From NCBI RefSeq assembly GCF_000142905.1, contig NW_013657616.1, positions 62,001-126,000 of the forward strand: DNA of 64,000 nucleotides. The letters run 5' to 3'. Each line of letters starts with the position of its first letter. Positions within the stretch are counted from its first letter, which is position 1. Shown in pieces: positions 42,141 through 53,931 of the stretch. The position numbers and the translations under genes are program-made. The stretch is from Thecamonas trahens ATCC 50062 (taxonomy: Eukaryota; Protista; Apusomonadida). The notes under the pieces are model-generated. The model was not told the DNA's origin. It did no database searches and worked only from the letters and a program-made list of their open reading frames with translations.

Positions 42141-44748
42141 ATGGACGAGCCAAGTCCCCACCGCGACCCCTTCCCACCCACCCCGTCCTCCTCATCCTCG
42201 TCGTCCTCGTCCTCGTCGTCCTCGCCTGTGCCCGCCCCCACCCCCGCCTGGTCAGCCTCCCTCCCGCTCGCCTTTGGCACCACCGACCTCTCGTCCTTCC
42301 CCTCCGCCCCGCACCCGCCTCCTCCACGACGCCCGCCGCCACCGCCGGCCGCCGCCGCCGCCACCTCCTCCTCCTCGCCCCCCAAGCATCCGCTCTCGCA
42401 GCATCAGTCATCGATGGCTTTGCGCACACCCAGCCAACCTATGCTCCGTCCGATAACGTCTCGTGGTCGATGGCCCAGCCGGCGCCGTCGTCGCCGTCAC
42501 AGTCGCCACCGCCGTCGGCCTCCTCGGACGACGACCATGACGATGGCGGCCTTCCCAGCCTGCGCTGGTCGGAGGAGTCTGGTGCCGGGCCGTCGCTGGT
42601 TGCCTTACCCAGCAACTCGAACGATCTCAACTTTGACGACGCAGAGATGGTCTCACGTCCCATGCGCGAGCTCCTCCAACAGCGGCAGAGCGAGGTGTGG
42701 GACGACGACTCGGCCGTGACCGTCTGCACCCGCCCAGGCTGCGGTCGAGTGTTTGGCACGCTCGAGCGCCGCCACCACTGCCGCGCTTGCGGCCGCATCT
42801 TCTGCGGCGCATGCACCGAGGAGCGCATCGAGCTCCCGCGCGAGTTTATCCAGTTCCCCAAGCCCTCGCGCGCTCAGCAAGCTTCCATCACCTCGTGGAT
42901 CTGGCGCTACCTCTCGCCGCCCACAGACAAGGAGCGGGTGTGTCAGGACTGTGCCTTTCGGTACGGTGACCTGCAGAACCGCGACGTCCGCTGCATCATC
43001 GCCGTCTTTGAGTTTGTCAGGTTTGACCTCCGTGACCTCCATGTTCTGGCGCAAGTGTGCAAGACCTGGTCGCGCGCCGCCACCATCTGCATCTCCGCCC
43101 TCCGCCAGCTCCAGTATCGCCTCCCGTCTCAGAGCTTTTCAGCTCGCGAGGCGGCCATGATCTGGTGGAACCGTGCCTACTTTGTTGGCCACAACCGATG
43201 GATGGTCCAACTCATGCGCGTGACGGACTGGTCGCGTCCTGACCACGTCGCAGAGCTCGTTGCGCTTGCCTGCCCACCGACGGTCCCGAGCTCCTCGCCC
43301 CGCGTTTTCCGCTGCTCCTCGGTCCTCTGCACCCGCTCCTGCCGCGAGAACTTCCAGCCCATGGACGTCATTCAGCTACTCCAGGTTGTGCCTCATCCCG
43401 CCATCCGTGCCGCCCTTGTCCCTTCTATCCGCCTCGCCCGTGAGCCCGTCCTCAAGGCCCTTGTACCGTCGCTTGTCCGCCTCATTGCCTCGGATCCACT
43501 CGCCTCGTCGCCTGTCGGCGACCTTGTTCTTGACCTGGCTGCAGAGTCGCTCACCATCGCGTCGGACGCCTTTTGGGCCCTCAAGGTCGCCGCCGCAGAA
43601 GCCGCAGACGACGAGCCCACCGCTTCCCGCTTCACCCGCGTCCTCCATGCCCTCCTTGTCACCCTCGGCAGTGTCCACCCCGACTGGGCCGCCACCCTTC
43701 TCGACGCCGAGCGCTTTGAGATCGCCTGCGCCGCCGCTGCCTCGGTCTCACCCGCAGACATCCCTGATCTCTTTGCCTCGCACGGCCTCTTTGCCCCCGA
43801 TGCCCCCCAATCTCCACCCCGCTCCTCCCGCGGGTCTCCATCGACGGCGTCGCCTACCGCAAGGTCAAGCGCTACTCCTCCGCCCGCTCGCCGCTCCGCC
43901 TTCCTCTCCTCTCAGGCACCCGCCGTGCCTACGATGCCCTCTACAAGGTCGGCGACGATCTCCGCCGTGACCAGGCCATGGTCAACGTCATCGCCGTCAT
44001 GGACTCTATCCTCCGCGATGCTGGCTTTGTCTTTCCCGTTGTCAAGTACCGAGTCGTCCCCACCGGCCGCAACCGCGGCTACATCGAGATTGTGCCCAAC
44101 GCTGAGACACTCGAGGACATTGCCAACAAGCACAAGACTTCAGTTACCCACTACCTCCTCGCCCACAACAAGAACCGCAAGGGCCGCGACTACCTCCGCG
44201 ACTTTGCCCTCTCCACTGCCGTCTACACCGTCATGATGTACCTCATGGGTGTCGGTGATCGCCACCGCGGTAACGTCATGCTTACCCACTCGGCCGAGCT
44301 CTTCCACATCGACTACGGCTTTATCCTCGGCGAGGAGCCATTCAAGCTCCTTCCGGCCTCCTGGATGCGCCTCACCCCGGGCATTCGCGACGCCATGATG
44401 GACGAAGAGCGCAAGCTCTTCTCAAAGACCTGCCTCGACGCCTACAACGTCCTCCGCCGCTTTGCGCCGCTCTTCATGACCATGCTTTCGCTCGGCACGG
44501 GCACCGACCTCTCAGCCTGCACAGAGGAGATTGTCCTCCGATTCCTCCCGGGTGTCTCGGACCGTGAGGCCGGGGCTCTCTTCCTCTCCCGCCTCCACAT
44601 CGGCCCAGGCACCATCACAGAGACCCTCCAGTACTTTTTCGACGACACCATGCACAACGACGAGCCCAACTACTTCCAGTCACTCGTCCAGAACATCGCC
44701 GCCATCCCCACGGGCGTCTTTTCCTTCTTCTCATCATCATCATCCTAG
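42141..44748 (+). CDS. FYVE-domain phosphatidylinositol 3-kinase-like protein (frameshifts at C-runs 42378-42383 and 43803-43808)
   Basis: FYVE: WDDD..C....C...F...RRHHCRACGRIFC..C...RVC..C. Kinase: LYKVGDDLRRDQ (in the frame leading into ORF 43978), KYRVVPTG..GYIEIV, YLMGVGDRHRGN, FHIDYGFILG. Confidence 0.88.
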
Positions 44749-44912
44749 CCTTCCTCTTGCATCCCTTCCAGCTCATCAACTCTCCTGATAACAAAACCCT
44801 TGCAGCTTCTCCCCCCCTCCCCCCCCCCTTTCCTCCCTCCCCCCTCCCTCTCCTCCCGTCCCTCGTGACCGGCGTCCGGCCTAGCCCTCCCCCGCCACCA
44901 CTCCTCTCCACC

Positions 44913-46774
44913 ATGACCGACGCTACCTCTGCTGCCAACCTCGACACGTTCACCACCACGAACCTCGCCCTCGACCTCGATGTCTCCTTTGCCACACAGA
45001 CCATTACCGGCAAGGCGACGCTGACGCTGACCAACAGCTCGTCCGAGCCTGCCGCCTCGGTCGTCCTCGACACCCGTGACCTGACCATCTCGGGCGTGAC
45101 GACGGCGGCGGGCGAGGCGTGCGAGTTTGCCCTCGGCGACGCCTGGGGCGCAGACGGCTGCCTCGGCGCTCCGCTCACCATCACCCTCCCGCAGCCTGTC
45201 GCTCCCGCCGCCGCGCTGGAGCTCACCGTGGCGTACGCCACCTCGCCGGCGGCGTCGGCCCTCCAGTGGCTCGCCCCTGTCCAGACCGCCGGCGGCAAGC
45301 ACCCGTACCTCATGTCGCAGTGCCAGGCCATCCACGCCCGCTCGCTCGTGCCGTGCCAGGACTCGCCGGCCATCAAGGCCCCGTACTCGGCCACCGTCAC
45401 CGCGCCGTCGCCGCTCCGCGTCGTCATGTCCGCCCTCCTCGCCGACGATCCCGCTGAGGCTGCGGCTGCCGGCGTGTGGCACTTCAACCAGCCGGTCCCC
45501 ATCCCGTCGTACCTCCTCGCCATCGCCGTCGGCAACCTCGCCGAGAAGCCCGTCGGCCCGCGCTCGTCGGTCCTCTGCGAGCCCGAGCTCATCGATGCCT
45601 GCGAGTACGAGTTTGGCGAGCACACCGAGACCTTTGTCGCCGGCGGCGAGGACCTGCTTGGGCCCTACGTCTGGGGCCGCTACGACCTCCTTGTCCTCCC
45701 GCCCTCGTTTGCCTACGGCGGCATGGAGAACCCGTGCACCACGTACGTGACCCCGACCCTCCTCGCCGGCGACCGCTCGCTCGTCAACGTCGTCGCCCAC
45801 GAAATCGGCCACTCATGGATGGGCAACCTTGTGACGTCAGCCTCGTGGTCCGACTTTTGGCTCAACGAGGGCCACACTGTCTACGTCGAGCGCCGCCTCC
45901 TCGGCAACCTCCACGGCGAGGCCTTCCGCCAGTTTGAGGCCATGCAGGGCTGGGCCACCCTCTCCAAAACCGTCAACGACGTGTTTGGCGCCGACCACCC
46001 GTACACCTGCCTCGTCCCTGACCTTTCTGGCGGCATCGATCCCGACGACGTCTTCTCCTCGGTTCCGTACGAGAAGGGCTTTGCCCTCCTCTTCCACCTC
46101 GAGTCGCTCGTCGGCGGCATCGAGCCAATGGAGGCCTTCCTCAAGGCTTACGTCGCCGCTTTTGCCAACAAGTCGGTCACCACCGCTGAGTGGCATGCCT
46201 TCTTCCTCGCCCACTTTGCCGACTCGGTCGACCCGGCCGTCCTCGACGCCATCGACTGGCAGGCCTGGTTCCACGCCCCGGGCATGCCGCCGGTCACTCC
46301 GGTGTTTGACGACTCGCTCGCCGTCGCCTGCCACGACCTCGCCGCCAAGTGGCTTGCCCACGCCTCGGGCGCCACCCCGAGTTTGTCGGCGACGCTGCAG
46401 ACATCGCCGGCTGGCACTCGGGCCAGGTCGTCCAGGTTCTCGACGATCTCGTCGCCGCCCAGGCCGACGGCGCTGTCATCCCACCGCCCACCCTCGCCGC
46501 CCTCGACGCCGCCTATGGCCTCTCGTCTTCAGGCAACTACGAGATCCTCTTCGCCTGGGTCATTCTCGCCATCAAGACCGACTACGAGCCCATCATCGAC
46601 GTTGCTGTCCGCCTCGTCACCTCGCAGGGCCGCATGAAGTTCACCCGTCCTACCTACCGCGCCCTCCACGCCTCGACCATCGGCAAGGACATTGCTGTCG
46701 CCACCTTTACCGCCAATCGCGAGCGCTACCACCCGATCTGCGCCAAGATGGTTGCCAAGGACCTCGGCCTCTAG
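44913..46774 (+). CDS. LTA4H: Leukotriene A4 hydrolase-like M1 aminopeptidase (frameshift near 46376)
   Basis: SQCQAIHARS..PCQDSP, YGGMENP, HEIGHSW..WLNEG, VPYEKG, C-terminal QGRMKFTRP.Y. Confidence 0.93.
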
Positions 46775-46827
46775 CCCGCCCACGCCCAGCCTGCTGGCCA
46801 CACGCTAAATTCGCCGAGCGGCGGTGC

Positions 46828-47679
46828 CTACAGTGCCGACGAGTTGCCAACAAGCGCTCCGCCATCGACCGGAATCACTGCGCCGGTCACGTAGTTTGCT
46901 GCCGCCGACGCGAGGTAGAGACACACGCCGGCCATGTCCGGCGCGGCGCCGACCCGGCCCAACGGGACAGCAGCGACAATGGCCGCCTCAAACGCCTCCA
47001 GCGTCGCCTTCATCATCTTGGATGGGAACGGACCGGGCGCGACAGCGTTGACTCTGATGTTGTCGTCGGCGAGAAAGCCAGCCAGGTGGCGGGTTAGGTG
47101 GTGGACGGCGGCCTTGGACGACGAGTACGCGTACGTCTCCATGTTGGGCGCCTTGATCCCGTTGATAGAGCCGATGTTGATCACCGCCCCACCGCCATCC
47201 GCTGCCAGCGCGCCACGCAGCGCCTGAGTGAGGGCAAATGCCGCCGTCACGTTTAGCCGCATGACCTTGTCAAACGCCGCCAGCGGATACTTGTCGAGCG
47301 GCGCTGCCCAGTTTGTCCCCGCGTTGTTCACCAGCACATCGAGCGACGCACCACCGGCCGCCACCCACTCGGCCACGGCAGCCACGCCGTCGTCGGCGGC
47401 GACGTCTGCAGCCATGCCGTCTGCCGACCCTCCGCTACCGCTCGCCAAGGCCTCGGCCTGTAGCCACTCGACGGCAGCGGCCACCGCGCCCGCCTTGCGC
47501 GAGGTGACCAGCACCTGTGCCCCGTTGACCACAAAGCCATGGGCCACCATCAGGCCGATGCCGCGGCTCCCGCCCGTCACCAGCACACGCTTGCCACTCA
47601 CTGCAAACAGGGCCCCGATGGCAAGCTCGCTCCCGGCGCTCCCGCTACCGACACCTGCTGTCTCATTGCTGGTCGACAT
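46828..47679 (-). CDS. Short-chain dehydrogenase/reductase (classical SDR)
   Basis: TGGSRGIG, LVNNAG, YSSSK, VNAVAPGPF, GAVIPVDGG. Confidence 0.93.
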   Translation of the reverse strand: MSTSNETAGVGSGSAGSELAIGALFAVSGKRVLVTGGSRGIGLMVAHGFVVNGAQVLVTSRKAGAVAAAVEWLQAEALASGSGGSADGMAADVAADDGVAAVAEWVAAGGASLDVLVNNAGTNWAAPLDKYPLAAFDKVMRLNVTAAFALTQALRGALAADGGGAVINIGSINGIKAPNMETYAYSSSKAAVHHLTRHLAGFLADDNIRVNAVAPGPFPSKMMKATLEAFEAAIVAAVPLGRVGAAPDMAGVCLYLASAAANYVTGAVIPVDGGALVGNSSAL

Positions 47680-48217
47680 GATGTGCTCAAAGTGTCGCTG
47701 CAGAGACGGCTGGCCGGCCGAGTGGCTGCCACAGACGGCAGCTTGTAGCCGGCGGCCATATGGCATGACTGAGAACCAAGACGACCATGCCCAGAAGTGC
47801 TTGCTCGACTGATGGCGAGTGAACGATACGGATGGTATTGATCGATACCCATTGCTGCCCTAGCCAACCACTACGCATCAGTGCCGACCGTCAGACTTTT
47901 GCTGACAAACTAATTGACGCATGATCAGCTGAAACGTGCAAACCAAACACCATGTGGAGTGATACTAACCAAACACACTCCATCAATACAGAGCAACTAG
48001 CTGCGTACCCCTCCCCCCTCCCCCCTGCAATCCACGCTCCTCCCCTCCGTATCCCCCCCCTTTGCAACCCACAGATCAGAACCCTCCGCCCCCCCCCCTT
48101 CCGCTCTCCGTTCCCTTCGCGCCCTTCCCAAGTTCCGCCGTTTACGGCTCTCTGCCGTTTACGGCTCTCCCCCTCGAACACTGCTCCACGCCATTGTCTG
48201 CTGTGTGCTCGAGGACC

Positions 48218-48757
48218 ATGGAGCAGCTCAACGAGACGCAGCTGAAGGAGATGCAGGACAACTTTGCCCTCTTTGACCGCAAGAGCGACGGGGTCATCGA
48301 CTTTGACGAGCTGTTTGAGACCTTTACCGCCCTCGGCCTCGAGTACACCGAAGCATACACGCGGACGGTCTTTGTCGCTGCCGACACCAACAACGACGAA
48401 CGCATCGACTTTGCAGAGTTTGTCACCCTGCTCATGGGCGTCAACGGCGACGAGAGCTCAGAGATCAGACACATGTTCAACGTCCTCGATCGCGACAACT
48501 CGGGCTCGCTCACAGCCGAAAAGGTGCTCGAGGGCATGCTCAAGCTCGGCGTCAACGTCACAGAGGACGAGGTCAAGGCCATGGTCGAGGAGATGGACGC
48601 AGACGGCAACGGCGAGGTCGACTTTTCAGAGTTCCGTACCATCTGGCTCCGCATGTCCGTCGAGTCCTCCGCCGCCCTCTCAAAGTCCGCCTCCTCCACA
48701 CGGATCAACCTCAACTCGTCCGCCGCCAACGCCCGCTCCTCCGCCGCTCGCAAGTAG
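48218..48757 (+). CDS. Calmodulin-like four-EF-hand protein
   Basis: DRKSDGVIDFDE, DTNNDERIDFAE, DRDNSGSLTAEK, DADGNGEVDFSE. Confidence 0.9.
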   Translation: MEQLNETQLKEMQDNFALFDRKSDGVIDFDELFETFTALGLEYTEAYTRTVFVAADTNNDERIDFAEFVTLLMGVNGDESSEIRHMFNVLDRDNSGSLTAEKVLEGMLKLGVNVTEDEVKAMVEEMDADGNGEVDFSEFRTIWLRMSVESSAALSKSASSTRINLNSSAANARSSAARK

Positions 48758-48856
48758 CCCGGCCCCGCCCCCACCTGGCTCCTGATCTGATCTCTCCCGG
48801 CCATCGGATTCTGCCGGCCGGCCCCAAGCGTGTTAGCTGTAAACCCACTCGTCTCT

Positions 48857-49876
48857 ATGCAGCTTGGCTCGGTCAACGGGATCTCGGCCGCTGTGGAGCG
48901 GTACGGCGTGGCGCCTGGCGCGGCTGCCCTGCTCCGGGCTGAGTATGCCGCTGCGCGGGAGGCGATGACGTCCAGCACGTACCTGCTGTGGCGGTGCAGT
49001 GCGCCGGAGAACCCCGCCGCGAGCGACTTTTGCACCCGCATCGGATCGGCGTCCAAGTGCTTCTGCCGCCACACCTTTGCCGATCACGACTTGCGGACGC
49101 CGCTGGTGGGCTGCACCGCCCGGCTGGCTGCCGATGGTCCGCCATGCCCCTGCCGCGGCTTCCGCTACATCCCGTCACGGCCCGAGGAGATTGGCGACAG
49201 CCACCTTGTCCGCCGCCGGGGCTTCCGCCTCGACCGCTGGCGGCCAAAGTGCAGCTGCAGCCATGGCTACGACGTCCACCGCCGCGGCGACGACTCACGC
49301 TGTCGCTCGCGCGGCTGCTCTTGCCGCGCCTTCTCCGCTGCCTTTCGCTGCGCCGCTTGTGACGGCTGCTACGCCGACCATGAGCTTGTCGTCGACTCGC
49401 GCTCCGCACGTGCCGCCGCGGGCCTCCCCGTCGACGCCGCTTTCCTCCCGCTTGCCGATGCGCCCGAACTGCAGGCTATGGTCTTTGCCGACGAGCTTGG
49501 TCTTGCCCCACACATCCCTACCGGCGCTGCCCTCGACATCCCCCTCACCGCAGACGGCTCTGTCGCCGTCTACATGCCGCCCGTCGCCGATACCGCCGCT
49601 CTCGCTCCGCCCCACTCCTCCAAACCCGAACGCTCGGTCCGCCTCGATCCGCAGCAGTCCCGCCCCTACCGTCCGCTGCCGTCATCGCTGCCACCGCCGT
49701 CATCGTCATCTCCTTCCCCAGCCCCAGCTCGAGCCAGAGCCCGTGGCCGAACTCGATCCTCCTTACCACGATCCTCCCAGCCAGCGCCGTTCTGTGGCGA
49801 GTGTGGAACTCGCTACCTGCGGTCAGACTCCAAGTTCTGCGGCGAGTGTGGGACCAAGCGGATACTGCGGCGCTGA
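48857..49876 (+). CDS. FAM221 (DUF4475)-like Cys/His-rich protein with C-terminal zinc ribbon
   Basis: CTRIGSASKCFCRH...H, C.C..F.YIPSRPEEIG, WRPKCSCSH, F.CAACD..HE; FCGECG..KFCGECG. Confidence 0.8.
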   Translation: MQLGSVNGISAAVERYGVAPGAAALLRAEYAAAREAMTSSTYLLWRCSAPENPAASDFCTRIGSASKCFCRHTFADHDLRTPLVGCTARLAADGPPCPCRGFRYIPSRPEEIGDSHLVRRRGFRLDRWRPKCSCSHGYDVHRRGDDSRCRSRGCSCRAFSAAFRCAACDGCYADHELVVDSRSARAAAGLPVDAAFLPLADAPELQAMVFADELGLAPHIPTGAALDIPLTADGSVAVYMPPVADTAALAPPHSSKPERSVRLDPQQSRPYRPLPSSLPPPSSSSPSPAPARARARGRTRSSLPRSSQPAPFCGECGTRYLRSDSKFCGECGTKRILRR

Positions 49877-50056
49877 TCGTCATGCTCAAGTTGTCTACGC
49901 CAGACACACCCTCTCGCTCCTCTCTCTCTCCCTCCCTCCACCATCACTCTACAACAACCATCAACCCCCCTCCTCACCCCATCACTGCACTAATGCCCTG
50001 CAATCACGACCCGATCTCTCGCTAATCTCCCCCCCCTCCCCCCCTCCCCCCTTCGA

Positions 50057-53000
50057 ATGGCGGAAGAGGGCCCCCCCGCTCTCCGGGTGGTCAAACTGGA
50101 GATGCAAGTAGCCAAGCTCACCTCTGAGAACACCATGCTGCGAAGGCACCTTGAGAGCCTCCACGCCCTCTTTGCAGACCGTACGACAAGACAAAGCCCT
50201 TCCTCTCTCTCTCTCTCCCTCTCTCTCTCTCTCCTCCTCCTCCTCCCTNNNNNNNNNNNNNNNNNNNNNNNNNNNNNNNNNNNNNNNNNNNNNNNNNNNN
50301 NNNNNNNNNNNNNNNNNNNNNNNNNNNNNNNNNNNNNNNNNNNNNNNNNNNNNNNNNNNNNNNNNNNNNNNNNNNNNNNNNNNNNNNNNNNNNNNNNNNN
50401 NNNNNNNNNNNNNNNNNNNNNNNNNNNNNNNNNNNNNNNNNNNNNNNNNNNNNNNNNNNNNNNNNNNNNNNNNNNNNNNNNNNNNNNNNNNNNNNNNNNN
50501 NNNNNNNNNNNNNNNNNNNNNNNNNNNNNNNNNNNNNNNNNNNNNNNNNNNNNNNNNNNNNNNNNNNNNNNNNNNNNNNNNNNNNNNNNNNNNNNNNNNN
50601 NNNNNNNNNNNNNNNNNNNNNNNNNNNNNNNNNNNNNNNNNNNNNNNNNNNNNNNNNNNNNNNNNNNNNNNNNNNNNNNNNNNNNNNNNNNNNNNNNNNN
50701 NNNNNNNNNNNNNNNNNNNNNNNNNNNNNNNNNNNNNNNNNNNNNNNNNNNNNNNNNNNNNNNNNNNNNNNNNNNNNNNNNNNNNNNNNNNNNNNNNNNN
50801 NNNNNNNNNNNNNNNNNNNNNNNNNNNNNNNNNNNNNNNNNNNNNNNNTTCCCCCCTCCCACCCCCCTACCCTCCTCCCCCTCTCTATCCCTCTCACTTC
50901 TGCATGCACTCATGTTCACCGACCTTTTTACACACGGTTGCTGCCATACTCCCTCCCCCCCCCCCCCCCCTACACACACCCACAGACAACATTCAACCAC
51001 CGCCGCTGCCGTCAGTCACGCCTAGCACACCTCCAGGCTCACCATCGGGCTCGCCGTCGGGAACTCGGGCTCGTGCTCGGACGGTGGAACGGCTGCGTGG
51101 ACAGGCGAGTAAGGGTGGCGGCGGGAAGAGAGTGCTGTCGATGTTTGAGGAGCGGATGGGGAGGAGAGTGAGGGACTTGTCCGCCTCGCTCTCACCGGAC
51201 AAGCCATCGGTGGTGGTCTTCTCGGGCGAGCCGCGGGAGCTCCTCGCACCGGGTGCCCAGGCCGTCTTCTACGACGACTCGGGCCAGCGCATCGCTCTCC
51301 ACACACACGATCTCCGCCCGCTCTCACACTCGCTCTCGCTCCTCGACTCGCCGATGCGGAGCTCCATGTCGCTCGCCGATCTCTCACGCTCGCGCTCGGC
51401 CTCGTCGCCGGTCTCACCTACAGGTGACAACGGCTTCTCGCGCTCGGGCTCTATCCTCTCCGAAGGCCCACTCGGCCTCGCCCTCTCACTCCCCACCCCG
51501 TCGCCCGACCGCCGCTCCTCAATCTCCCGCCGCGCTGACTGTGCAACCTCGAACCTTGCCCGCTCGTCGTTCTCCGTGGACAGCCCTGCCGACGACGACG
51601 CTGAGTCGACCGCCGTGCCGGGCGCTCGCCTTCTCGACTCGTCCGAGACCTCGGGCTCAGGCTTGGACTTGGACGGCGAGGACGAGCCGGCCACAGACGA
51701 CGCCGACCACGAATACGATGCCTCCTCTCTCTCTGGCTCGGGCCAGACAGCACTTCGCGATGGCGCCTCGCAGTCCATCGGGCCGTTGCTCCACGACCTC
51801 GATGCCCTCAACGCCCGCTTCTTGCCATCGGACGAGCCGCCCACCCTCACCCTCTGCTCGTCAGACTCGGGCGATGGCGAGGTCTCGCCGCGCACAGCCT
51901 TTCTCTCCGACGCAGGCTCGCACTCGGCCGACCTGCCGTCGTGGAGCGCTGGCGAGGCCGACGACGGCGCCAATGCAGACATTGGCTCTGCCGCCTCGGA
52001 CTCGGACGCCCGCTCCTCCTCCGCTCGCCCGCCGCCGCCGCCGCCGCTCGTCCCCCCTCCGTGGAGTGCGTACTGGTCCGAAGAGTACACTCGCTACTAC
52101 TATGTCAATGCCAACACCTCCGAGTCGGTGTGGAATGTACCCGGCTCGCCCGGAGCTGCCAAGGCCGAGGCCAAGGCCAAGGCCAAGGCCAAGGGCAAGA
52201 CCAAAGCCAAGGCAAAGGGCAAGACCAAGGGTCGCCCGCTCTCACTCGAGGCCGCCCTCCAGGCCTCGGCCTCGGAACTCCGCCCAACTCGCCCTGTCGA
52301 CGCAGAAGTGCTCTTCAACGAGGATCCGAGCCTCGCGCTGTCAGCTCCGCTCATCGGCCGCGACGTCGACGTCGGCGAACTGGTTGTCGTCGACTCCGCG
52401 TCGGGCGGCGAGGCCTCCTCGCCAGACTCGGTCATCAGCAGCGAGCAGATCTCCAAGGCTCGCGCAGCCTCGTCGCCGAGCCTTGCCAGCTCGAGCGCCG
52501 GCGGGTCTTCTCCTCCCAACCCACGGTCTTGGGCCCGCCGCTCCTCTGTTGCCTCGATGGTCGGCGTAGCCAAGGCCAAGACCCAGGTCCAAGCTGGGCC
52601 ACCGAGTCGTCCAAGGCTATTGTCGTTGTGTCTGAGAAGGATCCCGAGTCTGGTGCCATGGCCGTCGTCGCCACCTATCTCCGCTCCGAGTCGGGCGAAA
52701 ACGCGCTCATGTCGGCCACCGAGGACTTTCTTGTTCGCGAGCTCGCCAACGAGCGCGCACCAAACTCGGTCTACATCGACGCCTTTCTCCTCAACTACCG
52801 CTCGTTCATGGACCCACTCCAGCTCATGCTCCGTCTCCTCGCCCGCTTCAACCTCTCGGTCGCCGACGGCGCCGACGCCGAAGAGGAGGCGTACATGGCC
52901 ATGTGGCGGAACCCGGTTCGCATGCGCGTCCTCAATGTTGCCTTCAAATGGGTTGAAAAGTTTTGGATTATTGACTTTGCGCCCTCGCCCGAGCTGCAAG

Positions 53001-53920
53001 CCGGCCTCAATGACCTCATCGAGCTCGCCACCGAGGACTTTCCCTCTCTCGCCGCCAAGCTCGCCGCCAAAGTCGAGGACAAGAAGGCGGCTTGTGCCGA
53101 CGACCCGGGCTTTGTCGGCAAGGACGTCTCGGTCGCTGGCATTGGCGAGCCCGGGAGCGTCTCACTCGAGGCCCTGCAGGCCGACGACGGCAAGGCTCTG
53201 GCCCAGACCTCGCCCTCGGTCCTCGCTCACGTTCTCACTGACATCGAGGCCAGCCTCTTTTCTGCCGTACCGCCCGCAGAGTTTGTCCTCCAGCTCTCCA
53301 AGCGCGCCTCAGTCCCGCACCTTGACCAGCTCGTCGAGCGCTTCAACTCGGTCTCGCGCTGGGTCACCACCCAGGTCCTTGTCGGCTCCTCGCCCAAGCG
53401 CCGTGCCAAGATGATCACCTTTTTCATCCACTCCCTCCTTAAGCTCGTCTCGCTCAACAACTACAACTCGCTCATGGCCATCCTCTCGGGTCTCTCTAAC
53501 ACCTCGGTCTCGCGCCTCTCTGCCACCTGGGCCAAGGTCTCGTCGCGGACAAAGAAGGCTCTGCGCAAGGTTGAGCAGCTCATGGGCGTCGACGCAAACT
53601 CGGCCCGCTATCGTGCCGTCCTCCGCACCCTCAAGCCACCAGCCATCCCCTTCCTCGGCCTCACCCTGCAGGACGTCCTCCATCACGCTGACTGTGCCCC
53701 AGCCCTTATCGATGGCCGCATCAACTTTAGCAAGTATGCTGAGCTCTCAGACATCGTCCTCGCCCTCACCCGCTTCCAAGGCTCCGACTACTCGGCCGCC
53801 TTTGCCGCCAAAAAGGGCTCGCGAGAGTGGGACACCACACACGCCCTCGTCTCACATCTGTATGTTCTTGACGAGAAGGCCGCCTACAAGCTGAGCAAGT
53901 CGATTGAGCCGTCGAGATGA
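50057..53920 (+). CDS. RasGEF (REM + CDC25) with WW domain; probable first exon 50057-about 50180, intron spanning the gap; frameshift near 52597
   Basis: WW: PPPWSAYWSEEYTRYYYVNANTSESVWNVP. REM: FLLNYRSF..VRMRVLNV..WV. CDC25: FNSVSRWV, LNNYNSLMAILSGL, VSRL..TW, IPFLG, INFSK, LSKSIEP. Confidence 0.88.
50249..50848. other. Assembly gap
   Basis: N run. Confidence 0.99.
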
Positions 53921-53931
53921 CCAAGCTATGA

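Noticed and set aside
28656-49876. Functional cluster of cilia-associated genes (vWA, CFAP97D, XRRA1, calmodulin-like, FAM221)
   Set aside because: They are interspersed with unrelated genes, the density is plausible by chance in a flagellate, and no convincing shared X-box was found.
25358-51025. ORFs spanning N runs
   Set aside because: They are artefacts of translating through assembly gaps.
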